Part shown: positions 47,281-60,083 of the stretch, one piece after another
Layout of the letters: every line of letters starts with the position of its first letter
How positions within the stretch are numbered: the first letter of the stretch is position 1
Assembly (NCBI GenBank): GCA_004431415.1
Contig: QPMI01000562.1
Span: 85,462-149,461, forward strand
Length of the DNA stretch: 64,000 nucleotides
DNA from: Cyanophora paradoxa CCMP329
Lineage: Eukaryota > Plantae > Glaucophyta
Direction of reading: 5' to 3'
Notes under the pieces: model-generated
Told to the model about the DNA's origin: nothing
Databases searched by the model: none
What the model saw: only the letters and a program-made list of their open reading frames with translations
Position numbers and translations under genes: made by a program

Positions 47281-50200
47281 TTATGCTACCATCTTTCCTG
47301 TTGCAATATAACTCATTTGATAGTGGAAAAGTCCAATGCTTTCATTAAATGCAGAATTTGCCGAAATTGTTGCATGAATAGTAAATGTTGTTGTTGTGGA
47401 ACTTGTGACACCATATACCAATACATATGAACCACCATTATACCCTTGTTTAAGATTGAGAACCACTTCTGGGGCTGCCGCAAATGCTTTTGGAATGTGA
47501 CAACCTGTGGAAATCCCCAATGACCTGGACCTGTGATTGTTAAAGATTTTGAGAAACTCCCTGTTTGAATATACTGGTCTTTATTGACCCGTTGTTCTGA
47601 AACAAGTTTTGCAATCTTTGTATTATCTGTTTCATCCATTGCATAATATGCTCTTGCGTAAGCATTTCCCCGACATAATAACGTTTTATCGTAAATATTT
47701 GCGGAATTGTGGAAAAACCATTGTTCTAAATAAAGAGGTGCATTCGGTTGGTAAATTTGACCGGATCCCACATACATGGTATTGTTGGCTGTAATTGTGT
47801 TACCTGTGATCGTATTGGCTACAAACGGGTCTAAGGTTGGGAAATCTGTGATCTCCGATTTTGTGTGAGTATGGGCAAAATCTGTTATATCGGTCTTTGA
47901 ATGACTGTGTGCGCCAACTGTGTTAGTAGCTGTTGGTTTTCCATAGATATTATCCCAATGGAGATAACCGCTATTTCCTGACGAAGCTGGGTTTTTGCTC
48001 CAACCAATAATACCAAGTAAGTATATTCTTCCTAAAACACCTTGAACACCAATTTTTGTGAACATCTCGCAATTTACAGCAACATATAGCCTGAATGTAT
48101 TTAAGTTGTATGATTGTGCATATGCATTTACTCGCATTGTGGTTTGAAAACCTTCATTTATATTAAACCCTTTAATGTCAAAATATCGACAGTTGAAGTG
48201 CGCTATATAAAAAATGTAGCATGTTTTCATTCCTGTTGGAATATCCCAATACATGTAGCTATTACATACTAAATCATTTTGAGCTGCTGTGTATGCTCCC
48301 GTGTAGTAACTTATATATGATTCATTTGTCCAATCAGCGGATTTCAAAAAATAATCGCCAAGAACACTTATAGCATCAAAGTCAGTAGGAGTAGAGAATG
48401 TTGGTTTATTAATTAAATCATCATAATTTCCACTTGTTGCAACAGTAGCAAATGTTGGTTTGTCTGTGATCTCCGCCCATAAATGAGAGTGGGCGAAATT
48501 TGTTATTTGATCTCTTGTGTGAGTATGGGCGAAATCTGAAATCTCATCTTTTGTGTGAAGATGTGCAAAATCGGGTATCTGTAATCGTGAATGTGTGTGG
48601 TCAAAATCTGTTATTTGTGATTTTGTGTGAGTGTGTATGGGCATGTGCAAGTTGCTAAGAGTTAATCTGTCTTTTCCTACAATATTAAGAGTTTCCCGAG
48701 TTAAGATTGGTTGAGTATTTGGGAAGCCATACATTTGTTGAATATAATACCTCACATCACGTTTTTCATCATTTGTCAATGCTCTGTTGAATACTATAAT
48801 TTCAGCAATACTACCTCCAACAATTTGTCCAAATCCAAAAAAGTTTACTATGGAATCAGGTAAATAGTTAGTCCCTGTAACAGTTTGGATATCTACACCA
48901 TTCAAACCTACCGAATAAGAATCAGAAGTGATTGTTTGGTCTATGTAATACCATTTATTGATCAAAGAGGGAACTGTGATAGAAGGGTTGGTTGTTGGAC
49001 TCCCTCTATTGCAAAACTTGTCATTCCAATTATTGTATTCGACTTAACACCAAACTGAACACTTCTGTTTGATAAATCTGTCTTCCATATTCGTAAATGA
49101 TGATCAACAACAGAGGATGTTTGGTGGTATTTACCTATTACAAAGTATGTGAGTCCTGATGACCAATCAATTGTTACATTTGGATAGGAAAATGCGGACA
49201 TACTGGTTCCGGAAGGAGTTGTTATAGTGAATTGGTTGTTGATTGCTGCATTTGATGTAAAATACGAACTGGTTCCCGAACCCACGTTAATTGATGGAAT
49301 CAAAGAATTTGGGACTCTATTAAAAAGATTGGAAGTGGCTGCCGATTCACCATGAACACCTGATGCTTTCCATGCAAAAAGACAATTCGGAATTTGTGAA
49401 GCTGGGTCACTGCTTGCTGTAACTCTATAATACGTTTCACTGAAAGATTCTAAATAGCTATTGGTTCCCATTTTAATCTTTCCACCCACAGTAAGGTTGC
49501 TTGTCACCACCAAGTTGCTGGCGATGGTTCCACCTTTGAGAGGGAGGTAATTTGATAGTGCTAAGTTAAGTTCAGGTTCAGTCACATATACATCAAGTTC
49601 TGGTTTTGTCACGTAGTTTTCGAGGATATTTGCAAGTTCTGTATCATCTACATAATTTTTGCTTTCAAGGTAATCATCTGTTACAACACCCGAAAGGGTT
49701 TCATTGTGTAAGTTTTTCGCCGCCATTCTCTGATTGACTTCTAAGGCGCCACCTGTTGTTGTTTTGATCCACGCCATCTCACATTTCCCGAAATCATCTT
49801 TTGGTTGTCCTGCAAGAGGTGCGTAATTGAATTTGGAGCGACTAAATATTATTTTCGGTCTTGATCCATCGGTTGCGCTTACATCTGTAACATTCACTTG
49901 TAAGATGGCGTCTTTATCATCATAACTCACAGGATCTAATGGAAGTGGTGGTAAACCTGCTGTTAATGGGATATCATCATTATAATAACTTGTCAAAAAG
50001 ATTCCTGGTTTGGTGTCTATAACCCCACCCCACCTGCTGAAACCATTTGTATCCTCGAAGGTTGTTTAATATATAGTTCGCCATCCATAGTGGTTCCCGC
50101 ATCTATTCCTTTGCGATTCAGGTAATATTCACTTAATTGTAATCTTTCAGCGATGGTATCACTTTGGTAGAAACTGACCCATAAAATCCATCACCATTTA

Positions 50201-53200
50201 CTAAATCGCCTGTTGATGCAAAACGTGGTTTTTCATCTATTTCACTCCATGGGTGCCTGTGGTTAGAGTTTGTAATTTCGGAATAATCATGAGTGTGTGA
50301 ATCCGGAGGAAAGGTTAACGGAGGATTTGTGATATGCTCCCATAAATGAGTGTGTGCAAAATCTGTGATCTGATCTTTGGTGTGAGTATGGGCAAAGTCT
50401 GTGATCTGATCTTTGGTGTGAGTATGGGCAAAATCTGTGATCTGATCTTTGGTGTGAGTATGGGCGAAATCTGTGATTTGCCCTTTGGTGTGTGTGTGGT
50501 TTTGTATCCAACCTTGAACCACATTCGACGTTGGATGATGTGGTAAATTTGCATTACTTGTTACTGTGAGATAATCAATTACTGTTTCGGGTGATGTGAT
50601 CTTTAAACCTCTGTAAATGGTCAGAGGTTGAGTAATTGGGAATCCATACATTTGTTGAATGTAATACCTTACTTGTTGCCTTTCTGCTGTGGTTAATGCT
50701 CTGTTGAAAACAATAACTTCACTAACACTACCGCTAAAAAGGGTTCCGATTCTAAAAGTAGTCACTGTTGAATCAGGTAAGTAATTTACTCCTGTAACAG
50801 TCCCAATATCAACACCATTTAATCCAACTGAATAGCTGTCTGATGTAAGTGTTTGATCTGCATAATACCATTTATTAATCAGAGAAGGAATTGTAAAAGC
50901 CATTTGAGTCTGATTGACCCCATTAATGATGAAATCAGTTGTCCCTAATGTGGTGGAGAATCTCGCTCCATATCTAATAATTCTCGAAGGAGTAACTGTC
51001 TTTGAAATATCTATGTGAGCATGTGATAAACTGTTTGTGGGATGGTATCTACCCACATAGAAATATGTCAAACCTTGCGACCAATCTATTATTCTACCAT
51101 TGACTATTGAAGATGCTGTGACTGAGGTATTCAAAGCGCATGTTAAACTCATCTGATTATTTGTAGATATATTGGAAGCATAAAAGGGTTGCCTGTGGCG
51201 CTCACCGTGAGCGATGGGATCGAACTTGATACTCTATTATAAAGAAGTGTAGAACCTGCACTTTGACCTTCTGTTCCTGATGCTTTCCATGCAAAAATGC
51301 AATTGGGAATATTTGAAGCTGGATCATTGCTGGCTGTTATTTGGTAGTAATCTTTGTTCAACTCTTGCAATGTAGTAAACGCATATGAACCAACTGTAAG
51401 AATTCCATTCACTTTTAGGTTACTGGTCTCTATATTGCTACTGTAAATATTACTATTTACTGTAAGGTTTCCTGTGATTGTCCCACCAACAAGTGGAAGA
51501 TACTTAGATAATTCATCAGCAAGTTCAGATTTTGTTACATAATCTCCAAGCATAGCAAGAGTTACGAAATTTACAAGTATTACAGCAGTAAGGTAATCCT
51601 CTGTGACCACTCTCGAAATATTTTCATTGTGTATGTTTTTGCTGCCATCCTCTGATTGGCTTCCAGAACCCCACCATAATCTGTTTTAATCCATGCAAGC
51701 TCTGCCCTTCCATAATTATCATTTGCAGTTCCCACTATGGGAATGTAGGAATACTTATCTCGACTGAAAACTATCATTGGTCTTGAGCCATCTAAACTGC
51801 TTACATCTGCTACATGAACCTGTATAGCAGAGTTGTAATTTTGGTAGGTTGCTGGGTCTGTTGGGACTCTGAATGTATCTGTGGGAATGTCAGCCTCCAT
51901 GTAGCTTGACACAAAGATATTTGGTATGGTTGCTCCTGGTGGTGGTGGGGTTTCAAAAGAGCCTGGTAATGTCCTAATATGAAGTGGTCCTCTCATAGCT
52001 GAATTTGCAAGTGTCCCATTCACATGTACATAGTGTTCATTCAAAAAGATTCTTTCTGGGACATTACAAGTCTGATAAAGAGAAACCCCCAAGTTATCAA
52101 GAGGCTCAACTTTTGCGAATTCTGGTTGGTCATTGATCTCATCCCAGGTGTGTTCATGGTTGCTTGCTGCAAACTTATCTGGAATCCCATCAATATCACC
52201 CCAATCATGCCTGTGGTCTTCTGGTGGGTATTTCTGTGGTTTGCCTAAGATCTCATCCCAGTCATGATTGTGATCCTCTGGGGGATACTTTGCAGGTTTA
52301 TTATTAATTTGTTCATAATCAGGAAAGAACTCCCAGATCTCAGGTCGAAATCCATCTGGTAGTAATTCCTCATGGGGTTCATAAGGTTGCTCATAATCAA
52401 CAGCTGGTGGATCATGCCCATCTGGCAAATACTCCTCATCAGGTTCATAGTTCTGCTCATACTCAAACTCTTGGGGATCTAAGCCATCTGGTAGTATCTC
52501 CTCCTCATTGGGGTCAAACTGATCATATTCATATTCTTGTGGGTCAAAACCATCTGGTAAATATTCTTCCTCATCTGGAACGAATTGATATTCATCAAGC
52601 TCTAATATATCGACTTCAGGAGGTAAATACTGCTCATCTATTTGCTTTCTGGGTTCAATTATAGGTTTATTGCGAACTTGCTCCCAACTAACAATATGCT
52701 GCCCAAAAGCAACTGTCTCATCTGCTGTGTACTCTCTGCCTGGTTGCTTTTTCGGTGTTAAATCCGGTGGATCCCATGGAAGAGGGAAGGGAACTGGACA
52801 GGTCCATAATACTCAAAGATCTCTCTTATGGTCTTCTCACTAACAAGCTTCTCTCCATTTGCATACACATTGCTGCCATGGATATTTCGCCATTGCCTGG
52901 TTCGAATTCCAAGGTCTTTCACATTGCTATACAAAGGCAAAAGGTGCCTATCCATTTCAACAAGATCAGGATGTAAATGGATTGCTACTGGCTGACTGGG
53001 GCTACTGTTGATTGTAATTGATGGCTTTTTTTGATGGACATCTTTTGGAGTAAAGAACCCAAAAGGCTCATTCCTTGCAAAGTCATATGTAATATCCTTG
53101 GGGTAGACATCATTTGTGTAGGAGACCTGATTTGTGTTGGCAATGGGACCCACTTGCAATACTTGGGGGACCTCAGCTTTTGCAGTGCTGCCCTCATTGT

Positions 53201-53582
53201 AAATTCGCAAACCTGTGTTCTGTTTGCCCTGCTCATCTTGAACATTGAAAATCAATCGACCACTATCAAACCTAGAAGGTATATCTGGGTGAGTGCCACT
53301 GGTTTTGAGTTTCCTAGGTCTCCTTCTTGTTGCTTTGATCTCTGCTACTTGGTTGGCTTTCACATTACCCAAACTAAAAGCAACACTGACATCCTCTTTA
53401 TCTGGATCGGTTTGATTCACAGATAAAGCATGCTCCCTTGATTGAGTCTTGGATGAATTATCGGAGCTGTGGTCGATTGAAACTGAACCCTTTACTTTAA
53501 TGTTATCAAAGTTCACATGCTTGGTGCTGCTTGCATTATCATCTTGAATTGTTTCTAGATTTGGTGGGTAATTGAAGCTCAT
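47281..53582 (-). CDS. Large fibre/adhesin gene (or 2-3 genes) fragmented by frameshifts
   Basis: Phage tail-fibre-like HTHTKDQITDF repeats, two LamG/ConA-like modules (EIIVFNRALT), acidic EEYLPDGxDP repeats, YLPLxGGTI motifs, and a C-terminal VTF.KAFAAAPEVV domain. Confidence 0.75.
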
Positions 53583-53625
53583 GGCTTTTACTATATGGAT
53601 TTATAAAATTCCTGATAAGTAAAAG

Positions 53626-55182
53626 ATGCCTCTCAAAGTAGTTCTCAGTTTGTCAGGGGGAGGTGCAAGGGGCATTATCATAACCAGGCTGCTAAAAGAA
53701 ATCGAAAATCGAACTGGCAGGAGAATAATCGATCTTGTGGATCTTGTGAGTGGAACTTCCACTGGTGGGATCATTGCAATAGGTTTGAATATAAGGCATC
53801 CTGATAAACCAGGTGAACCTAAACTGACAGCAAACGATTTACACAATATTTACCTAACTCAACTGCCCTTGATTTTCGCAAATCCTCGAAATATCATCGA
53901 AAATGCCCTTTTTAATACAAAGTATGATGTGGGACCCTTGGAGACTGCAATCAATTCAGTTACTGGTGAATCACTAATACAGGATTCCCTAAAGGACATT
54001 GTGATTACATCCTTTGATACTCAGAATATGAAACCAATATTTATCACAAATGACAACAATTACAACTTTATGCCTTGTAAGATTGCTGCTAGGGCTACTT
54101 CTGCTGCTCCTACATATTTCTCTCCTGTAAGCATTGTTGATTTCAATCGGGGAGTATATGTCTGTCTAATTGATGGTGCCATTTCGGGAAACAATAATCC
54201 CAGTGTGTGTGGTTACAGCCATGCAAAGAAAATTTACAGTGATGATGATGATATTATAGTAATAAGTATATCTTGTGGAGAGGTGGACCCACATTTAGAG
54301 TCTGATTATGTGGGTTATGCTTATGAGACTGTCAACAGCTGGGGCATTCTCTCATGGATTGCCTCAACAGATGGAAGCCCATTGATTAACATGCTCATGG
54401 CTGCAAGTGAGCTTTCTGCCCTTGATAAGATGGAGGAGTTGTTACCCTACAACTATGATCAGGATTATGGGAGATACTATAGGCTATCAGTCCCACTTCC
54501 AAATCATATAGTAAGCTCCCTGGATGACACTTCTAAAATCCCAGACATGCTTGCATTCACTGAAACATACATTGCAGCAAACAATGATATGATTAATAAG
54601 CTTTGCAGCATTCTAGTAGCAAACTATGAATTAAAGAACCCTTCAAAGGCTTACATATCATCCACTCTCACTACATCACCTCCTTTGGATGCAAATTGGT
54701 ATCAGCTTGCAGATGATGCCTTCACTGCCTCATCCTCTGTGACAGGTAAAGAGCCTTTCATGGCTAGACCTTCAGCATTTGGCTGGGAAGCTGGAGCCTA
54801 TGCTCCTGAGCAGATATGGGAAACCCCCACTGAATACCTTCAAGTTGCTTTCCCATATACTTTCGAACTCTCCTCTGTTATTGCCTATGGTTCAGGGGAC
54901 ACCAATGCTTTTATTAAGACTTTCAATGTGGCAACATCCACTGATGGGATCAACTGGTCTTTTATTCGATCAGATGGGCAGAACAAAATATATGTATGTG
55001 AGAACATTAACAATGCTCACAACTCAGGTGATGTTGCTTTATTGAGTGGATTTCCTCTCAGCATCAAGGATGCTTTTTACATAGGTTTTTCTCTCAGAAT
55101 CAAGTATATTCGCATTTATCCCCTTGTGTATGTGAATGCTCCCACAATGAGAGTGGACTTTACAGGTGCCTTTATTCGATAA
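53626..55182 (+). CDS. Patatin-like phospholipase fused to an F5/8 type C (discoidin) domain
   Basis: LSLSGGGARG, GTSTGG, ATSAAPTYF and DGA. C-terminal EYLQV..F.V.TSTDG.NW..KYIRIYP..MRVDF.G. Confidence 0.92.
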   Translation: MPLKVVLSLSGGGARGIIITRLLKEIENRTGRRIIDLVDLVSGTSTGGIIAIGLNIRHPDKPGEPKLTANDLHNIYLTQLPLIFANPRNIIENALFNTKYDVGPLETAINSVTGESLIQDSLKDIVITSFDTQNMKPIFITNDNNYNFMPCKIAARATSAAPTYFSPVSIVDFNRGVYVCLIDGAISGNNNPSVCGYSHAKKIYSDDDDIIVISISCGEVDPHLESDYVGYAYETVNSWGILSWIASTDGSPLINMLMAASELSALDKMEELLPYNYDQDYGRYYRLSVPLPNHIVSSLDDTSKIPDMLAFTETYIAANNDMINKLCSILVANYELKNPSKAYISSTLTTSPPLDANWYQLADDAFTASSSVTGKEPFMARPSAFGWEAGAYAPEQIWETPTEYLQVAFPYTFELSSVIAYGSGDTNAFIKTFNVATSTDGINWSFIRSDGQNKIYVCENINNAHNSGDVALLSGFPLSIKDAFYIGFSLRIKYIRIYPLVYVNAPTMRVDFTGAFIR

Positions 55183-56104
55183 ACTCCAACTGAAAAGAAT
55201 TGTCGATTCCATTCATATCAATCAGTTCACCAAAGTAATCTTTAAACTCCACAGTGAGTTCCCTTATCACCAGGTTTCTGTCATTTATCTGAATGAATTC
55301 GGCATGCTCACCACTATGGTAAACATAGCCGCCTATATCTTTACTCAATTGCAGTCTAAGGATTGCCCCCTGGTTATGTGGTTGCGATTTCGGGATTATA
55401 TTGTGTCTGCTGGCAAAGGGGGACAGCTCTTTAATATGCATGTACAGATACTGCTCAGCATTCATATCAGACATCTTCCTGCTGTCAAAATAATATTGCA
55501 AGGGCTTAGATGAGAGTCTGGGTCCCGAAAAGGTGGTTCCCCATGCTGGGTGATCAGGTGTAATAGGTTTGCCATCATACTTTAACAGGTTCTCAGGTCG
55601 ATAGGGTGATCCACCAACAGGAGGAGTGCTATAATACCCATTGGTGTATTCAGTAGAACTCACACCCAAAAGCTTCCCTATTCTCTGGTTGCTTGCAATA
55701 AAACGAAACTCATGGTTACTGTAAAACTCCACTTTATAGGTAGTTGGGTTATAGAATATCTTGAACTCAAAAGCTACTGTTTTGCCTGCAATGGTTTGGA
55801 AGCTTGAATAGTTCAGCCCATAATTATAGGGATGTGTGACCCCAAAATGACCCTGGTTAATGTAGCCACTGGGAAGGGGATACACTTTCTGTGTGATGAT
55901 TTCATTGTATGAACCATCTTGGTAGTTAAACTGAACTGTTAAATGATCAGTCCCCACACTGTTATAGATACTGTTTGGAATCTCTGCATATAGAACCCTG
56001 CATTCTCTTGGTCTCTCTACTGGAGTTGTGAGAGTGACCCTGTAAGAGTTTTCATTTTGTCCTTGGCTTCTATCCCTGCTATCAATATTAACAAGTCGAT
56101 TCAT
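55172..56104 (-). CDS. Minor capsid (penton-like) protein 1
   Basis: VNIDSRDR, AEIPNSIYN, YLYMHIKEL and LTVEFKDYFGELIDMNG..SFQLEF. Confidence 0.82.
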   Translation of the reverse strand: MNRLVNIDSRDRSQGQNENSYRVTLTTPVERPRECRVLYAEIPNSIYNSVGTDHLTVQFNYQDGSYNEIITQKVYPLPSGYINQGHFGVTHPYNYGLNYSSFQTIAGKTVAFEFKIFYNPTTYKVEFYSNHEFRFIASNQRIGKLLGVSSTEYTNGYYSTPPVGGSPYRPENLLKYDGKPITPDHPAWGTTFSGPRLSSKPLQYYFDSRKMSDMNAEQYLYMHIKELSPFASRHNIIPKSQPHNQGAILRLQLSKDIGGYVYHSGEHAEFIQINDRNLVIRELTVEFKDYFGELIDMNGIDNSFQLEFIE

Positions 56105-56133
56105 TTTAATATATAAATATAGATAAAAGAAGA

Positions 56134-57143
56134 ATGCCTGTGGATTACATCGAGGTTAGCTCATTTAATACAATCTCTGGTGATGGTCCCACATCAAGCT
56201 TTGTGGCAAGACTCCCAGTAGTTATGAGAATGTGAGGGCTGTGAGACTGGTATCAGCCGAATTTTATAACAGCATCCCTATGGTGAGTGGTGAAACCAAA
56301 GTTGGAGATGTGACAGTTGACAATGCATTTAGCATTTATTATTCTGAACAAACTCCTGGAGCTGGAAGCTCAGGAATTCCAACAGTTCGCCCAGCTGCTG
56401 ACTATGAACAATGGAAACAATTCATTATAAGTCGAAACACCCCCATCCAAAGCCACCAACAACTGGTGAATGTAATTAACTCTAAATTCGAAGGCAGAAA
56501 TCCCCAACCATCCATTCGCTGCAAATGGGATGAATCACTGAAACGAATTATATTCCACTCAGCAGTACCATTTTACTTGGCTTTCTCAGTAGCTGTGAAC
56601 CCAAGCCAACAAACAATCCAAAAGCTATTGAGTTCAGCTAGACTGCTTGGTCTTGATCCTGGAAGATATGGCAATTCCTCAATCCAATCACAAGTTTATG
56701 ATGCTCTCACTGATGGAATCTTTACTGGTGGTCGAGTGAATGGCATTATATCTTCTTTTGAGCCTGAGAAGACCAGGGACAGTGTTTTGTTTGTGAGAGT
56801 AAAGGAGCTGGGTGATCTGGTGCAATGTGGGGATGGTCTTCTGACTGGTTACTTTCACAAAATAGTGGTCCCTGACAAAGATTATGGTGAGCATGTAGTT
56901 TACAATTCGACAGAGGCTCATCCACTTTACAAATACTATAATAAGAAGGTTGGATTATCCACTTTCTCGGTTGATATTGTAAATGCTATTAATGAACCAA
57001 TTGATTTTGAGGGTCAACCTGTTCATCTGACCTTTGAAATTCGCTATGGTGATGAGCCAGCAGGAGACCCAGTTTATGAATACTTTAAGATGCGAATGTC
57101 ACAGCTTCACCCTTCCTATCCAGTAATTACAAGCTTCGCATAA
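56134..57143 (+). CDS. Minor capsid (penton-like) protein 2 (frameshift near 56220)
   Basis: MPVDYIEVSS..FVARLP..NVRAVRLVSAEF, LFVRVKEL..FHKI, and VDIVNA..IDFEG..HLTFEI. Confidence 0.7.
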
Positions 57144-57196
57144 ATTAAGGATCATTGGTAGATTTTTTATGTTGCAGTATAATAAAAGAGATAATC

Positions 57197-58559
57197 ATGG
57201 ATATCACTTCCACTCTTCAAAGACTTTCGCTGAAAGAAGCCCTAACAACCCCAGAGGAGGCGAAAGCCTTTTTCCTGGATAACTCCCTTATGCTTGGACT
57301 CGAATCCAAGTCTAAGCCAGTTCTAGTTGTTGTGAATCCCAGCAATACTTTTGAGAATAATGTTGGAAATCGCATTTCCTTCAAGCTACCTCGCTACAAT
57401 TTCTGTGGAAAACTCGAACTTGCTTTCGACCTACCAGAAATCACTTTTGCTGGTGAAGATCTAGTTCGCAATGGATACACTCGCCCAGTTGGTGCTTTAG
57501 TTCAGCGACTTGAAATTACCTATGGATCTTACACCTACCACATCCCTTCTGATTTCCTTGCTCATTTCCCCTGGTCTATTATTCGGAGGATCAACTAGCT
57601 AAAAGAAACGCTCAATGGGCATGGTTCATGGTATCCTGCTCATGGAACCAACCGACTTGGTGGCTCATTTTTCGTTGAAATCCCAGTGCCTTGGCTAAAT
57701 CACTATCTTCCCTTGGTGCTTTATCTGGTGAAATGGTTGTTACTGTTTGGTTTAAGGATGCTGGAAAGGGTTATGTTGAAACTTCCTATGGTGGTCGCTC
57801 TCTCCCTGTTGTTGGTGGGACAGCTGCTGATAAGACAGAAGATGATGGTCTTGGTGATACTGCTAATGCTACACTTGCCCATGTTGGTCAAAACATCACC
57901 ACTTTCAGTCTTGGTGCAACAACCCTGCTATTTCAATTACTTCTCCTCGCCTTTACATGCATGCTATTAATGTTTCTGATGAGCTTTTCGCTACTGTAAT
58001 TGAAAAAGTAAAGACAACTGGCATGGCTATTCCCTCCCTTGATATTGGATTTGTAGATGCCATTGCTTTTGCTGCCAAGGGCAATGCCCAGCCCAATCGA
58101 ATTAACCTCTCTCAAATCTCAGGTCTTGTCTATGCTCTGCTTGTTTCAGTTCGTGATTATGAGACTGTTGACAAATCCAATGGCTCCCACAGTGTTCTTA
58201 AGACCTATGCCAACTCCAAAGAGATAACATTCACTGTGGAAATAAATGGTCAGCGACTTTTTGCCACTGAGCCAATTTCCCTACTCAAAGGAGCTGAGCT
58301 AATTGCTGATGCCTTCAAATGCTCTAACATGGATAAGGTTGCAGATAAATATGTCCTTTCAGGTTTAAGTTTCTGCATTGATGGAGAGAAGGCGATTCGA
58401 AATATTGCTCAAAGTGGATTTGTTGACCTGACAAATTCCTCATCTTCATTCCTCACACTCTACATGCCCACAGATAAGACAATCAATGTTCAAGTTCGCG
58501 CTTTAATGCATAGTTTCCTCATTATAGACGGTTCAGGTGTTCGTAGAATCAATTTATAG
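57197..58559 (+). CDS. Putative major capsid protein (frameshifted)
   Basis: Colinear with the PLV-1 MCP: LKEALTTP/LKELLVTP, INLSQISGLVYALLVSVR/VTLANVSGLVHSILMTVR, NSSSSFL/NSSSSYM. Confidence 0.75.
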
Positions 58560-58618
58560 ACCATATTCAGTCTCCCTGCATTATTTTTATCTGTCTTTAT
58601 TTAGGAAGATCTACAACA

Positions 58619-59399
58619 ATGCAAGATTTAGAAGAGTTTAATGTTTCTGAAATGATAAAAGGTGTTTTCAGAGCCATTTTTATAGGCAAAAGTTGTACGG
58701 GAAAAAGCGAATGTGTAAAGTATTGGTTAAAGCAATTACATGATGCAAAGTTATTGATGTTGTCCTAGTTGTGAGTGGGACAGCTTTAATCATTTCTGGA
58801 GAGAGGTTGCAACAGTAGAACTTGGTAAATGGGATGCTGGTTACATTTCAAAGCTTTTGGATGAAAGGCAGGAGAAAATCGAAAAAGGTGAACCTGTGAA
58901 CCACATGTGTGTTGTTTTAGATGATTTAATTGATAATGAGATAATTGATTTAACAAGAGACAAGGTGGTGTCATCTCTGTACAGTAGGGGCAGACATTCG
59001 AAAATATCCATTATCTGCATTACACAGAAACTCAGAAAAGTCTCTTCCACTATTCGAGTTAATTCTGATTATGCTGTTTTCCTGAGTGCTGCTAATCGCA
59101 AAGAACTTGAAGCCATAGAGGAAGAATACAATATAATGCGAAACAAGGAGGACTTTTACAAAATGTTTGAAGAATATGTCCACTCCTATCAGTATATCGT
59201 TTGGTCCTCTGCTGGCTACTCAGTTAAATACTTTGTAGATAAAGCTGAGCTTGTCAAAGACTTCCCATTTCCTCGCTTCCACAGAAAGCCAAAAAAGAAA
59301 GAAGATGAACTGAAACCACCAGAGAAAGAGGAAGCCCCCAAAGAAGTGAAGAGCCAAGTCCATAGCAATAAATTGATGCGATATAAACGCGGTTTATAA
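58619..59399 (+). CDS. A32-like packaging ATPase (5' frameshifts)
   Basis: IGKSCTGKS, VVLDD, GRHSKIS and TQ..VSSTIRVN. Confidence 0.9.
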
Positions 59400-59427
59400 A
59401 ATTATCTCTCATTCTAATAAAGATACA

Positions 59428-60083
59428 ATGCCTCCCAAACGAAAGATAGGGATCCCAGCTGGGGCTGTTGGCTATTCAGGTGGTGGAAACAGTGGATCTA
59501 TTAACACTGAACCAATGAAATTCAATGGTATGAACGAAATCAAACCCTCACAACCCCAAGAAGACCCCCTTAATGCTGCCTATGAGGAATCAGTCGATGA
59601 CAAAGCCCACAAAGTTCAACTGCTGACCAACTGAACATTTCCCCTGAGACAGCAAAGATGAAGTCTGTTGCTGAGGGTGCCAGGCGAATTATTGGGGCTG
59701 CTGATGACAAAGGTTTAGGCTTGCAAGATCTTTCACTGGCTCGCAAAGGTGAGGGTCTTAGTAAGGAATCAGACAAGGTAATTCAGTCTATGGCTGGTGA
59801 AGTCACATACAAGACTGCTCCACTCAAAATATTCATCGAATTCCAAGGCTCAATGGATGAGATGACTGCTAAACTCAAAGATCTGGAAGCCAAATCAAGT
59901 GCCTTGGAGCAGTATGTTACTGAGAAGAAAGAGAGAGCCAAGCTAAAGGAGATGCTTCGAAAGGAAGTTTATAAAATGGGAATCACTGGTGTCCCAGATA
60001 AACAGTTTATTGCTAAGAAAGAGAACCAAATCGATGAGCAGGCAGTAGATGAAATGAAAACAAAACCAAAAGGGAACCATTGA
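59428..60083 (+). CDS. Hypothetical protein with coiled coil (probably one gene, frameshift ~59630)
   Basis: Adjacent same-strand ORFs 59428..59634 and 59658..60083 with continuous coding-like composition. Confidence 0.5.
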
